A DNA stretch of 64,000 nucleotides from a virus (IMGVR_UViG_3300038393_000327:6683-70682), one strand, 5' to 3'. Shown: positions 37,779 to 47,521, counted from the first letter of the stretch. Notes: generated by a model not told the origin, from the sequence alone. A program made the numbers and translations.

Positions 37779-38201
37779 TTATTCCTTTTCAGTAACTGGC
37801 GGGACAGCATTCGGGAACTTCTCGATTAGCTCTCCTGCCTTTTTGTTGAGTTCTTCTTGCCATCCTACAGGTGCTTTGGGTGGCCGATCATCTTGTAATT
37901 TTTCAAAGATCATAGCATCTCTAAGAACAGTGAGACTAGCGAGAGCTTTAGTAATATGAGAAAGATTACTAAGAGGATCAATGTCCTCTCCCTCCCACCA
38001 CGCTGTGAGATGTCTAAGAGTAGCATCGTAATACACAGAAGAACGAACCCCACTAGCGCGATAGTTGTGGCGACCATACTTTCTTGCTCCTTCCATCATT
38101 GCTACACCGATCTCTGCGAGTACAGGTGCTGAGATTGTGCTAAATGGAACTTTCTTAATACCTACTGCATCTTTTGGGTTGGTTTCTTTCTTTTCTATCA
38201 A
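37779..38201 (-). CDS. dATP/dGTP diphosphohydrolase-like (DUF5664-type)
   Basis: NPKD..G..K.P...GARKYG..NY...RH..AWW.GED.D..S.L.H..KA. Confidence 0.85.
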   Translation of the reverse strand: MIEKKETNPKDAVGIKKVPFSTISAPVLAEIGVAMMEGARKYGRHNYRASGVRSSVYYDATLRHLTAWWEGEDIDPLSNLSHITKALASLTVLRDAMIFEKLQDDRPPKAPVGWQEELNKKAGELIEKFPNAVPPVTEKE

Positions 38202-38362
38202 ACATCTAACTCCATTTGTTGCTCAGTGATAATTCCCACTCTCCACCGACCATCTTGAGTCCAATAGAGTTCAGCCTTAAAATAATCTGTGTTGTTGAAT
38301 TCAGCCGTTGTTTCAATAAACTGAATAGCGTCATAGAAATCGTTGAATATTTCAATAATCAT
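38198..38362 (-). CDS. small hypothetical protein (54 aa, not in ORF track)
   Basis: overlaps both neighbours (ATGA and TTGA). Confidence 0.55.
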   Translation of the reverse strand: MIIEIFNDFYDAIQFIETTAEFNNTDYFKAELYWTQDGRWRVGIITEQQMELDV

Positions 38363-38922
38363 TTACATCCCCATTGTTCTGCCATAGCATCGGCTATCCC
38401 GGCGTAAGTTATAGAACGCATCAATCCACGATTCGAACTCGGCGGGAGTTTCCATATTCTTTGCTCTCGTCCATCTACGATATTCGTTGGCTTGAGCAAC
38501 GGCAAATTCTTTAGCCATAGCCCGGTCTTCTTTGTTTCTCCGTGACCGAACATCCACGGTTGAATGTACTGATCTGGTTTTCTCCATAATTTACTTAATC
38601 TCCCAACTGGATTTTCTACGGCCACCATGTCTGCATAATCAAAGAAACTACTAGCAAAACTAGCAGCAGGGATATAAAGATCGGGACGATCATAATACCA
38701 ACGATTACCAGACACAGCCAAATATGTACAAGGAGGGTGAGAAATAATGAGGTCATAATAATTCTTACCTTTAGAATTTAAGAGGTCTAAAACATCACAA
38801 GTATAATGGTAAGGACTATTATCCAATGAGTCTAATAAATCACAACTAACTACATAATGTTCCCTCTTCCTGAATGCTTCCCTCACTATCCCGCTGAACT
38901 CGCAGGCTATTAAAACTCGCAA
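38359..38922 (-). CDS. DNA cytosine methyltransferase-like protein (short phage family)
   Basis: RVLIACEFSG, HPPCT, ENPVG, QPWMFGH. Confidence 0.75.
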   Translation of the reverse strand: MRVLIACEFSGIVREAFRKREHYVVSCDLLDSLDNSPYHYTCDVLDLLNSKGKNYYDLIISHPPCTYLAVSGNRWYYDRPDLYIPAASFASSFFDYADMVAVENPVGRLSKLWRKPDQYIQPWMFGHGETKKTGLWLKNLPLLKPTNIVDGREQRIWKLPPSSNRGLMRSITYAGIADAMAEQWGCK

Positions 38923-39040
38923 TGCTTCTTAATCCCTCCTGTGGAATTGTTAATGATAACTTAGAAATAGAAGACTCCCTAGAGTAAATTACCCTAGAGA
39001 GTCCATTTTCGTATTCAACTAAAAATTTATGTAAGGTCAA
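38846..39040 (-). CDS. hypothetical protein
   Basis: 64 aa; fills the gap between nrdJ and the methylase-like gene. Confidence 0.4.
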   Translation of the reverse strand: MTLHKFLVEYENGLSRVIYSRESSISKLSLTIPQEGLRSIASFNSLRVQRDSEGSIQEEGTLCS

Positions 39041-40940
39041 CTACTTCACATCCATCTGCTGCACAGGCAAGAGTTTGGAGTCCTGTTGTGTTATCTTCTT
39101 GTTCGTAATAACTCAAATCCTCCCATCTGATTTCTTTTGGCATCTTTGCAACCCACTGGTTGTATGTTGCTTCATCAATCTCTTGATATGGAGCCTGCCT
39201 ATACACATGATCAGAATGTGGAAGAAAGCTAACCCCAGATATAATGTCGAAATTCTTATAGACCCAACCTCCTACTTCTGGCCATTCTTGCTCTTTGACA
39301 GTGACTGTGATTGAGGGCTTGTGTTCGCACCAGTCTTCTTGGATGTATTTCCAGTATGCGAGTTGGTCGAGGGCAGTAAGATCGTCTCTCGTAAGAGCTC
39401 CCTTTGGAGACTCAATCGGGAAGTAGAATACAGTAGTGCTTTCTGGCTTAGTGACATCAGGTTCATTTGGAATACCTGCTTCTTTCATAAATGTTGTCAG
39501 AGGGTCTTTGTTATCTGCTCGAACGGAACGAAGATAAAAAGGAGCATGTCTAGCGTGAAGGCCACTAGAGCTATCAACCAATTGGGATACAGTACCACTA
39601 GGTTTAACACAAGTAATAGCAGTACTGGGATTAATACCCAAGAGTTCAGCATAATCTTTATTCGTTGCGATGGCTTCATCACGTAATTCCTTCAGGTCTA
39701 TTTTACTTAGATATAAATCTTTGTTGTCTAATTGGCCTGTCAACGAAACACCTAGAAGACGTTCCTCTTCAGTATTCTGTTGCCAAATCTTTCTTAGGTA
39801 TGGGAAGTAAGTGAGCGTACTTTGGAATGTTCCAAGGATCGTTGCAAGACGAACTTTAACTCGTAAACTCTCTTGAGTATCTTCGGATCGGACAACAACC
39901 TCTGTAAGATTGCAGAACTGGTAGGGTCTAAGGATAATTTCAGAGCATGGATTTGTTCCGAAATCTTCGTCAAACTTTCTTCGACCGTTTTTTGCTGCTT
40001 GCTTTTGGGAAGCAACACGATTAAAGATACCTCGCTCTCCTGATTTAGACTCGTAGAGTGAGAGCCATTCTTGCATGAATTGTCCGACATCAGGTTTTTC
40101 CGTATAACAGATTGAGTTATTTGATAATGCTCTTTGTGGTTCGTTAGTCCACCATTCACCCATCTTAGCTTTTCTCATCCGATCATCGGACAAGTTGCTA
40201 AGAGAGATCATTGCACTACGACGAACTCCTCCGACAACGACGATCTCCCCAATCTTACAGAGGATATCGTGACACTCCAAGGAGTTGAGCTTTCTACCTG
40301 CACTGCCTTTAAACTTAGAGATAACGAATTTGAAGAGGTCCTCCAAAGGTCCAGGGCCAGATGCTCGTCCTCCAAAAGTCTTAAGTCTTGCTCCGGCAGG
40401 TCGTATTCTAGAGATATCCCACTTGGGAATTTCACCTGAATATAACAGGGATATAACTTGTCTGAGAGCTTTGGCCCATCCTTCTTTTGAGTCTTTGACA
40501 ACAACAGTTGTTTCGCTGTTGAAAAGGAGGTCTGGAACTTCTGGAAGCTTATTGATGTACTGTCGTTCAACTGAAAATCCTACTCCTGTTCCACATAGGA
40601 GGATGTACATTGCTTCGTCAAATGACTTGATGTCATCTATAGGTAGGTACGAGCAATTATAACCTGCTGTGTTATCACGTTCGAGAGCAGGACCAGCAGT
40701 CATCATGGCTCTCATAGAAGGCATTACTTCTAGATTATAAATGGCATTATAAAGGTCTTGATATAATTGACCTTTGATTGAATATCCATGATTATCTAAT
40801 GCATGATGATGCATAAAATTTAGATATCTAGTTACTGTTTCATCCCATCGTTCTCGTCTTTTTTCTTCTTCTAACCAACGAGAATACCGGGATACGTAGA
40901 TAAATTTTTGGTAGTAATTCTTAAATGGACTGTCCGTCAT
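39027..40940 (-). CDS. nrdJ: class II (B12-dependent) ribonucleotide reductase
   Basis: VMPSMR, YNC, TNPCSEI, CVKPSGTVS, C-terminal CAADGC. Confidence 0.95.
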   Translation of the reverse strand: MTDSPFKNYYQKFIYVSRYSRWLEEEKRRERWDETVTRYLNFMHHHALDNHGYSIKGQLYQDLYNAIYNLEVMPSMRAMMTAGPALERDNTAGYNCSYLPIDDIKSFDEAMYILLCGTGVGFSVERQYINKLPEVPDLLFNSETTVVVKDSKEGWAKALRQVISLLYSGEIPKWDISRIRPAGARLKTFGGRASGPGPLEDLFKFVISKFKGSAGRKLNSLECHDILCKIGEIVVVGGVRRSAMISLSNLSDDRMRKAKMGEWWTNEPQRALSNNSICYTEKPDVGQFMQEWLSLYESKSGERGIFNRVASQKQAAKNGRRKFDEDFGTNPCSEIILRPYQFCNLTEVVVRSEDTQESLRVKVRLATILGTFQSTLTYFPYLRKIWQQNTEEERLLGVSLTGQLDNKDLYLSKIDLKELRDEAIATNKDYAELLGINPSTAITCVKPSGTVSQLVDSSSGLHARHAPFYLRSVRADNKDPLTTFMKEAGIPNEPDVTKPESTTVFYFPIESPKGALTRDDLTALDQLAYWKYIQEDWCEHKPSITVTVKEQEWPEVGGWVYKNFDIISGVSFLPHSDHVYRQAPYQEIDEATYNQWVAKMPKEIRWEDLSYYEQEDNTTGLQTLACAADGCEVVDLT

Positions 40941-41132
40941 TCACTCTCCTTCTAATTCAACAAATTCTGTTGTACCTAAATTCTCCCAAATCCAATTCAA
41001 TTCATCCATAGTTAGTAATTCATCTTCTAACCATCCATCCCATGAACCAATTTCATACCACCAAGCCGCAACCATTTGTTCTAAATTTACTTGAGCTAAC
41101 TCGATTAATTCTCGTTTACGTTGAGGGGTCAT
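40941..41132 (-). CDS. hypothetical protein
   Basis: 63 aa ORF with SD. Confidence 0.6.
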   Translation of the reverse strand: MTPQRKRELIELAQVNLEQMVAAWWYEIGSWDGWLEDELLTMDELNWIWENLGTTEFVELEGE

Positions 41133-41150
41133 ATTTTACCTCTATAATCC

Positions 41151-41582
41151 TCATAACTTAACTGATTGAACCTTTCCGCCACATGTATTCACATACTTGA
41201 TTGCATGACGTACTGCTTCTATCGCTGTTGCCCCTTGAGCCATTGCTCCTTGAGCTACGTTAGCACCAGACCCCATACTATAGAAATCTGCTTTGATACT
41301 CATAGGATAACCGATAGGATCAATGAGAGCGATATCGCCATCGGGGTGGATTATGATACCTTCGAAATCTTCTAACTTTAATTCTGACAATCCTGGCTTG
41401 TCTGGTTCATCATCTTCGAACCAATCAAAAAACATTGACATCGTAGCATACGAACCAGCAGCCCCTAGAAGAAATCCTGTTTTTGTTTTATGAACTTTCT
41501 TGCCTGCACCAACAATTAATCCACTAGTGGAAATGTTAGAGTCAGCAGCAAGAACTCCGTCACGATATGCTACAATGGTTAT
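41151..41582 (-). CDS. HslV/proteasome-beta-like Ntn peptidase; AUA start
   Basis: (M)TIVAYRDGVLAADS...GAAG...SMGSG..VA.GAM; frame is closed upstream; AAGGAG + 8 nt + ATA overlapping the mazG stop (TAATA). Confidence 0.8.
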   Translation of the reverse strand: MTIVAYRDGVLAADSNISTSGLIVGAGKKVHKTKTGFLLGAAGSYATMSMFFDWFEDDEPDKPGLSELKLEDFEGIIIHPDGDIALIDPIGYPMSIKADFYSMGSGANVAQGAMAQGATAIEAVRHAIKYVNTCGGKVQSVKL

Positions 41583-41911
41583 TAGCGTAACTCCTTGGAT
41601 TGAACAACGGGAATATTATATCTCTCGTGCAGTTTGTCGTAATTCATTTGGAACAATTCTTCTGGTTTAAATCCGAGATCAATAGCTAGATTACACCAAT
41701 ACCACATGACATCACCGAGTTCTAGCTTCATGGCTTCTTCTCGTTTTCCGAGTTCTCGGGGATTTCCTCCGTATCGGATTGTTTTCTTGATGATGTCCAC
41801 TGCTTCTCCGGTCTCCCCAGCCAAACCGAGAGCAGGATACACAACAGCAAACTTATGATCGTCATATTGCGCTGTCTCTTTTACTGAATTAAAAAATATT
41901 TTAAAGTCCAT
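41582..41911 (-). CDS. mazG: MazG-like nucleotide pyrophosphohydrolase
   Basis: ALGLAGETGE..D.IKK...ELGDVMWY...N..KL..RY. Confidence 0.9.
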   Translation of the reverse strand: MDFKIFFNSVKETAQYDDHKFAVVYPALGLAGETGEAVDIIKKTIRYGGNPRELGKREEAMKLELGDVMWYWCNLAIDLGFKPEELFQMNYDKLHERYNIPVVQSKELR

Positions 41912-42083
41912 GTTCTTGGTCAAATCTCCCTTGTTGATATGCAATTACCGCAATCCAATAATATAAAAAGTCTTCTTTACGTCCTCGTTCTGGACGATGA
42001 GTGGCTCTGAAATCCAACATCATGTATTCATTGTATTGATCTTTAGCTTCCTCCATGATTTCTTCATAAGCATCACTTTTCAT
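41901..42083 (-). CDS. hypothetical protein
   Basis: 60 aa, overlaps neighbours. Confidence 0.6.
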   Translation of the reverse strand: MKSDAYEEIMEEAKDQYNEYMMLDFRATHRPERGRKEDFLYYWIAVIAYQQGRFDQEHGL

Positions 42084-42351
42084 GCATGATACCTAAGAGT
42101 TCAGCGTGATCTACAAGGAGTTCATGATACTTATCGCGTGATCCAGTGATCTTATTAGTCAAGTCTTCTAGACAATAGGCCATACCTTTAAGGTCTAAAT
42201 ATTCATCGATTGCAACAGACCACATACTTTTTCCGTCTTGAAGAGTCAGAACGTACTTTCCGGATTGAAAACTATATACTAATTCAATCTTCTCAGGTTG
42301 TAAGGGCTTCCCAGGAAAATCTAAGTCCTGATATTTGGGAAATATTGCCAT
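42073..42351 (-). CDS. hypothetical protein
   Basis: 92 aa with GGAG SD. Confidence 0.55.
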   Translation of the reverse strand: MAIFPKYQDLDFPGKPLQPEKIELVYSFQSGKYVLTLQDGKSMWSVAIDEYLDLKGMAYCLEDLTNKITGSRDKYHELLVDHAELLGIMHEK

Positions 42352-42937
42352 TCCATAACTCCGCTAGATATTGAATTTCTTTTTGGCTATGAGGATCAGA
42401 CCTAAGCTTATAAGCCCTAGCCCAGGCAGCCAAGGAGCCTGTGGTGTACATTTCAGTATACATAGATTGAGGAAGTACCATACGAGCTTGCTCAGGGGCG
42501 ACGCCGATACGAATAAGTTCTTCATAAAGAGTAGCAGCTTCTTTAGCATAATATCTTACTGCCTCTTGCATTTTGTAGGACATCTCGACTTTTTCGTCTG
42601 ATGATCCTTGTTTGACTGACCCTTCTGGTCTTTTCCTCCATATATCCGGTACAAAGAACTCGGGTACATCATCCACGTATCTTCGGGAGACTTCATTTGT
42701 CACAAAGCCAACTGTATGTTTAGCGAATTGTCTAGCCACGAAAATAGGCATCTTTTGCCAAAGAGTTATCTGTACATGTCCGAAAGGAGTCCAGTGCCCA
42801 TGTCGTGCGAGGTAATTAATTAGTTTTTGGTCTCCTTCTCTAAGGATACCGTCGGGTACAATTTTCTTAAAAGATACACGGGCAGCATCTGCCACCCGTA
42901 CATCTGTTCCCATATAATCTATGAGTTTAGCTTCCAA
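42293..42937 (-). CDS. thyX: flavin-dependent thymidylate synthase
   Basis: HWTPF, PIFVARQ..KH...NEVSRRY, EQARMVLP, R.DPHSQKEI. Confidence 0.95.
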   Translation of the reverse strand: MEAKLIDYMGTDVRVADAARVSFKKIVPDGILREGDQKLINYLARHGHWTPFGHVQITLWQKMPIFVARQFAKHTVGFVTNEVSRRYVDDVPEFFVPDIWRKRPEGSVKQGSSDEKVEMSYKMQEAVRYYAKEAATLYEELIRIGVAPEQARMVLPQSMYTEMYTTGSLAAWARAYKLRSDPHSQKEIQYLAELWNGNISQISGLRFSWEALTT

Positions 42938-43645
42938 TTACTTAATCGCTCTCTTAGCAAACACTACATTAAGATAATCATTGATTTCTTCTACAGGAGT
43001 GAAGAAGTTGAAAAATGTAATCGGCATTGCACCACCTGTAGTAACACCAATGACTTGGTATTCCTTTGTTTGATCATTCCAAGTGAACATACTAGAACCT
43101 GAAGAACCAGGAGCTAGATCAGGAGTTGCTCTATAGAATTGACCAGACTGAGACACATCCTTGAATACACCGTCTTCCACATAACCAAGACGACCAGAAG
43201 TCCATGTCATAGAACGACCAAGAGGATATCCTACTAGTTCGACATTCTGACCATAAGTTAAAGTGATATCTCTAGGAGCCACCTTAGCGACATGTTCGAA
43301 ATATGTCTGCTTATCACGAAGCTTAAGCAACGCGAGATCAGACTTGTAAGATTGACCATAAACATCTGCTAGATAGGTCTTAACCCCTGTCTGCCTGTTA
43401 TGATTATCATACAGAGCTTTGTTGACTGTGACGATCTTCCCGTCGTTCTCTGTGCAATGTTTGGCAGTCAGAACATAGGTTTCGACTTCACCTGTCTTGA
43501 CATCGCGATCTGACTTAATGATCTCACCAGAACAATAGTCTCCAATCTGGACACTCGGTTCAAACATCTGATCAGCCATGGGATCAGCCCATGAAGGTGT
43601 GGACAGACCTAAGACCATCAGCACACCAAAAATAAATTTCTTCAT
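42938..43645 (-). CDS. secreted trypsin-like serine protease
   Basis: signal peptide; LTAKHC, DLALL, PGSSGS catalytic triad. Confidence 0.85.
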   Translation of the reverse strand: MKKFIFGVLMVLGLSTPSWADPMADQMFEPSVQIGDYCSGEIIKSDRDVKTGEVETYVLTAKHCTENDGKIVTVNKALYDNHNRQTGVKTYLADVYGQSYKSDLALLKLRDKQTYFEHVAKVAPRDITLTYGQNVELVGYPLGRSMTWTSGRLGYVEDGVFKDVSQSGQFYRATPDLAPGSSGSSMFTWNDQTKEYQVIGVTTGGAMPITFFNFFTPVEEINDYLNVVFAKRAIK

Positions 43646-43656
43646 ATATTTCCCTT

Positions 43657-43821
43657 TTATATATCCGATGGTATCATGCCCTCAAGGATTTCATCATCCA
43701 TCAATCCACTTTCATAGACAGCTAGAACCACTTCGCCTACTGTCAAATCAAACATTTCAAAGAATTCTTCTAAACTAATGTCTAAGTTTTCAATAATCCT
43801 CTCCAATATCTTTTCGTTCAT
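43657..43821 (-). CDS. acidic hypothetical protein (54 aa, not in ORF track)
   Basis: GAAGG SD; MNEKILERIIENLDISLEEFF... Confidence 0.55.
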   Translation of the reverse strand: MNEKILERIIENLDISLEEFFEMFDLTVGEVVLAVYESGLMDDEILEGMIPSDI

Positions 43822-43981
43822 CTTCAATTCCTTCATAGTCTCGGGGGTCTAGTTTGACCCTCTTATATACTTCTTTTCTTGGGTCAAATACTTTCGGATG
43901 AGTATTCTCATGCATCCATTTTGCAACCTGATCTCTTTTCCGTTGTTGACTTCTTCGTTGTTTAGTTTCAGGATCACCCAT
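43790..43981 (-). CDS. hypothetical protein
   Basis: 63 aa. Confidence 0.6.
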   Translation of the reverse strand: MGDPETKQRRSQQRKRDQVAKWMHENTHPKVFDPRKEVYKRVKLDPRDYEGIEDERKDIGEDY

Positions 43982-44544
43982 CAGATAATTCTTAGCTCTT
44001 CAATATTGACTGGTGTATAATTGATTAGTTCAACACAAACACACTTATATCTTTTTGTATCACCATCTGGTTCTGCATTAGTATGAGTGTGTCCATGTAT
44101 ATTTTTTAAGAAATATTTCTTTTCTTTCGGTTCATATTGTTGTGTTCCATTATTCCAAACCATACTGTGTTCAATACGTTCAGCAGAACTAGGGTGTACA
44201 GGAACATGGGTCAACAAGAGACCGAATTCTTTAAACATCCTCCACACATCGATCTTCTTAAAATGATTTTGGAGAATTTGATCTTTCCCGTTGTCATGAT
44301 TACCTAAGATCAATCTCTTTTGACCTTTAAGATGAGAAAGAATATTATTAATATATTCACGAGATTGACCTCCCATGTATACATCACCTAGATGATAAAC
44401 TTTGTCTCCATCTTTGACAACAGAATTCCATTTTTCTACCATATCCCAATCCATTTCTTCTACATCTTTGTAAGGACGATTAGAGTAGGAAATGATATTT
44501 TTATGACCAAAATGCGTGTCACTGACTAACCAAATATCAGCCAT
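43981..44544 (-). CDS. calcineurin-like metallophosphoesterase
   Basis: SDTHFGH, YHLGD, GNHD, THVP, HGHTH. Confidence 0.9.
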   Translation of the reverse strand: MADIWLVSDTHFGHKNIISYSNRPYKDVEEMDWDMVEKWNSVVKDGDKVYHLGDVYMGGQSREYINNILSHLKGQKRLILGNHDNGKDQILQNHFKKIDVWRMFKEFGLLLTHVPVHPSSAERIEHSMVWNNGTQQYEPKEKKYFLKNIHGHTHTNAEPDGDTKRYKCVCVELINYTPVNIEELRII

Positions 44545-45298
44545 ATTCTCTTTCCAGTCTTTTCAAGGAGACCCATTCGAGATCGTAGTCTCCATTCTCA
44601 ACTTCTCTTTTAATTACTAAACCTCTGGACCAGAGACGATTGACTTCTCCTGCCCAATCACTATCGTGTTCTTGATATACACCAGCTACGAGTCCGTGAA
44701 GCCTTCTACCATTAGCGTCAGTACGTATGCTATAATCAAAGGTATGAGTATGACCGCAAGTAACTGAACTAAAATGCTTGGTGAGAAGAGAATAGCCCCC
44801 GTGCTCACCCCCAACAGGACGACCAGATACACCACTAACCATATAGTGTGCATATGTGATCCCATCCACGACAAGACATCCGGGAGTTTGACCTTTGTAT
44901 CGTACGATTTCGTCGTAGTCTTTCTTAAGGTCGAAGTCCTCGAAAGATATTGTTCCATCGAGTTCCGGCTGAAGTTCAAGTAATCTTCTCTGTCTTTCTT
45001 CGTGATTTCCTTCCAAGAAGATCGTCCGTGGTCTCTTTTTCTTTGCCTTCCGAATCGGGGCGAAAAGTCTTTCTGAGAATTCGAGTCCTGCATTTAAGTC
45101 TTTCTTATAGGCTTTGCCATGGAATGAAGCTTTGCCTTTATCATAACCAGACAATGAGGCTAAGTCCCATTGATCACCTAAATTGATGAATACATCTGGT
45201 TTTAAGTCTACGATTAATTTACCAACCCAATCCGCTCGTCTGTTATCATAATCAGGATGAGCATGAGGATCAGGTAATACTAGGTGGATTTTGCTAAT
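44537..45298 (-). CDS. metallophosphoesterase; AUU start
   Basis: upstream extension supplies PDPH and NLGD motifs, then GNHE and GHTH; GGAGG + 8 nt + ATT; in-frame TAG just upstream. Confidence 0.8.
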   Translation of the reverse strand: MSKIHLVLPDPHAHPDYDNRRADWVGKLIVDLKPDVFINLGDQWDLASLSGYDKGKASFHGKAYKKDLNAGLEFSERLFAPIRKAKKKRPRTIFLEGNHEERQRRLLELQPELDGTISFEDFDLKKDYDEIVRYKGQTPGCLVVDGITYAHYMVSGVSGRPVGGEHGGYSLLTKHFSSVTCGHTHTFDYSIRTDANGRRLHGLVAGVYQEHDSDWAGEVNRLWSRGLVIKREVENGDYDLEWVSLKRLEREYG

Positions 45299-45636
45299 CG
45301 CTTCTTCCTCCTTTTTCTATTTCGTTTCTTTTTAGGTACTAACCATCCTCTTCTATTTTTTTCAAGGTAATCCGCTGCGGCTCTAAAAAGGATAGGGTTT
45401 GAATGTCGTCCAAGAAATCTGGAGTTGCAGAAATCACACAATAATCCACGGATTTCAAGAGTTGCGTGATCATGATCAACACTGAGTCTTTTAGTAAATT
45501 CTGACTCGTGTCTTTGGCAAATTGCACAACAGTAATTCTGTTCCTCTAACATTTCTTCGTATTCAGCTTGACTGATACCGTAAGTTCTTTTGATATGGTA
45601 CCATCTAGCTTTTTCTTTTTTATCTTCAGGAGTCAT
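45280..45636 (-). CDS. endonuclease VII-like protein
   Basis: YGIS..EY..ML..Q...CAIC...VDHDH..IRGLLC..CN. Confidence 0.85.
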   Translation of the reverse strand: MTPEDKKEKARWYHIKRTYGISQAEYEEMLEEQNYCCAICQRHESEFTKRLSVDHDHATLEIRGLLCDFCNSRFLGRHSNPILFRAAADYLEKNRRGWLVPKKKRNRKRRKKRLAKST

Positions 45637-46480
45637 CAAATAACTCTGGAACAGCAGGTTCTCTATTCACTTCTGTAAGATGTACAGGTCCATATGAATA
45701 AAGGAAGGATCGAAGACCAGGCCAACAAGATTTCTTGAAAGGACAATAGGAACAATTAACTCCGAGTTTTAAATTACCCGATGCCCCGAAAGGTTCATCT
45801 TTGAAACCCCTCTCCGGTATTTCGGTTGAGGCGATGGTTTCTTTCTTTGCACGATAGGTTTCTGACCAGTCAGTACTTTCATCCTTCGCATGAAGATCAA
45901 GTGTGATATGCCCAAGCGTCTTGTCAACGACGAGGAAGCCAGCTTGTCGTTTGTCCGTGACTTTATCATCGGTCTGGCTAGAATGTAGATACGATTGAAG
46001 CTGTGCCACATATCCGAACGGATCATTTTGCGAAAGCGTTCCGTCTTTAAATTTCTTAAATGAATACGAGGAGGCAGATTTAACATCAACAATGACACCA
46101 TCAATGACCGCATCACGGTGGCCTTTGATACCTTCGATTTCTTGGGTGTCTTGGCGGCCAGTAACTTCATGACCTGATAACTCCGCTAGGAATAAAACAA
46201 CTTCTTCTAATAAATGCCCGATCATAAACTTCATGTAAGTTTCGGGCCGTAGTTTCTCTCCTAACTCTGGTTGATTAATTTCATACCAAAGTTGTTTTTC
46301 ACAAGCTTTACCAATGTTAGACATTCGGAGAGTTGGTTCTCTTACTCTTTGTGTTAGAGCAGTAGAGATAGTTTGTGCAATATTATCTTTAAATCTGTTT
46401 AAGAAGTCCTCGGGGATATTTTCAACCCCCGAAGATAATGTATTTTCTATATCACTTACGAGTGTTGTAATGCTTTTTAT
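45626..46480 (-). CDS. PD-(D/E)xK (Cas4-like) exonuclease; AUA start
   Basis: (M)KSITTLVSDI...EPTLRMSNIGK.C..QLWY...GH.DA...VDVKS...CSYC..K..CW; AAGGAG + 7 nt + ATA. Confidence 0.8.
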   Translation of the reverse strand: MKSITTLVSDIENTLSSGVENIPEDFLNRFKDNIAQTISTALTQRVREPTLRMSNIGKACEKQLWYEINQPELGEKLRPETYMKFMIGHLLEEVVLFLAELSGHEVTGRQDTQEIEGIKGHRDAVIDGVIVDVKSASSYSFKKFKDGTLSQNDPFGYVAQLQSYLHSSQTDDKVTDKRQAGFLVVDKTLGHITLDLHAKDESTDWSETYRAKKETIASTEIPERGFKDEPFGASGNLKLGVNCSYCPFKKSCWPGLRSFLYSYGPVHLTEVNREPAVPELFDDS

Positions 46481-46498
46481 ATTATCACTCCTTTTTGA

Positions 46499-47020
46499 TT
46501 ACCACTTAACTGTTTCGTTTTCTTCTTCTGTCTCAACAGGTTCCTTGTATTCGATGAGATCAATGAGTTTTACTGACTCAAGGCGATTACCTGGACCCAT
46601 AGCTGTTGGATAAACACACAGGGTGATCTGGACATCAGAACCATTTCCAATGAGAATTGTCTCACCCTTCTTGACGATCTTTGTCTTAGGGTCATCATAA
46701 GAACGAAGCATCTTGTCATCCTCGCCATAATATCCAACGAGGACCTTGCCATCTTTGCCGTAGATCACAGGGGGAGTGAAATACACGATCTTACCCTTGA
46801 TCATCTTTGTAGTAGGACGAGAGGCAGCAAAGAAAGAACCATTCTCGTCTTTATTCACCTTCTTCTGGATACCTAGAGCCTTGTATTTATTCCACTCTTC
46901 AGGATCATCCATATAAAGGTTCATTGTCCAACGAACAGCACCTTTGAATTCGTCTGGCTTATAAAGTTTTGTCCAGTATGCTTTACCGTTGAACTGTACG
47001 TATTGTGTTTGTGATACCAT
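46499..47020 (-). CDS. ssb: single-stranded DNA-binding protein (gp2.5-like)
   Basis: GKAYW.KL..PD, IGNGS.V.....Y...G.RLE.V; acidic tail ending in W. Confidence 0.75.
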   Translation of the reverse strand: MVSQTQYVQFNGKAYWTKLYKPDEFKGAVRWTMNLYMDDPEEWNKYKALGIQKKVNKDENGSFFAASRPTTKMIKGKIVYFTPPVIYGKDGKVLVGYYGEDDKMLRSYDDPKTKIVKKGETILIGNGSDVQITLCVYPTAMGPGNRLESVKLIDLIEYKEPVETEEENETVKW

Positions 47021-47035
47021 TAAATTTCCTTTTTG

Positions 47036-47503
47036 TTATATTGTATTCGGTATAAAAATATTAACTGATAACTTAGCTAATTCATCTACTAACTCATTCA
47101 GTTTATTCCCATTATGAGCTTTGACCCATTGGAAATCCCAATTAATCCATTTTACTTTCTTCATGGCTTCGACTGCTTCCCATAAATCTAGATGGGTTTT
47201 AGTCTTCCATTTCCCTGTTGCTCCCATGACTACGTATTTGGAGTCACTCACGATAGTCACATCATAAGGCTTCGCTCCCTTCTCTATATCGTCTAAAATG
47301 TCAGGATACCAGAGAAGACTATCAACAGCTAACATAGCTTCGAATAAAGCTTGTAATTCCATCTCATTGTTAGTTGTTTCGTCTTTACGACCTGCTCTCC
47401 AATGCTGAATTTGAGATTTAGGATAGTCAGGGGGTTCGATTACAAATGCCCAACCACCAGGACCAGGATTTCCGAAACACGCTCCATCAGTGAATATCCT
47501 CAT
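47036..47503 (-). CDS. rnhA: ribonuclease HI
   Basis: FTDGAC.GNPGPGG, TNNEMEL, SDSKY, WVKAH, NELVDELA. Confidence 0.92.
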   Translation of the reverse strand: MRIFTDGACFGNPGPGGWAFVIEPPDYPKSQIQHWRAGRKDETTNNEMELQALFEAMLAVDSLLWYPDILDDIEKGAKPYDVTIVSDSKYVVMGATGKWKTKTHLDLWEAVEAMKKVKWINWDFQWVKAHNGNKLNELVDELAKLSVNIFIPNTI

Positions 47504-47521
47504 CGTTGTACTCTTTTAACA

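Noticed and set aside
37389-41911. 2-aminoadenine (Z) genome pathway
   Set aside because: No PurZ/PurA-like or DatZ-like gene in the window; DUF5664 and MazG alone are common.
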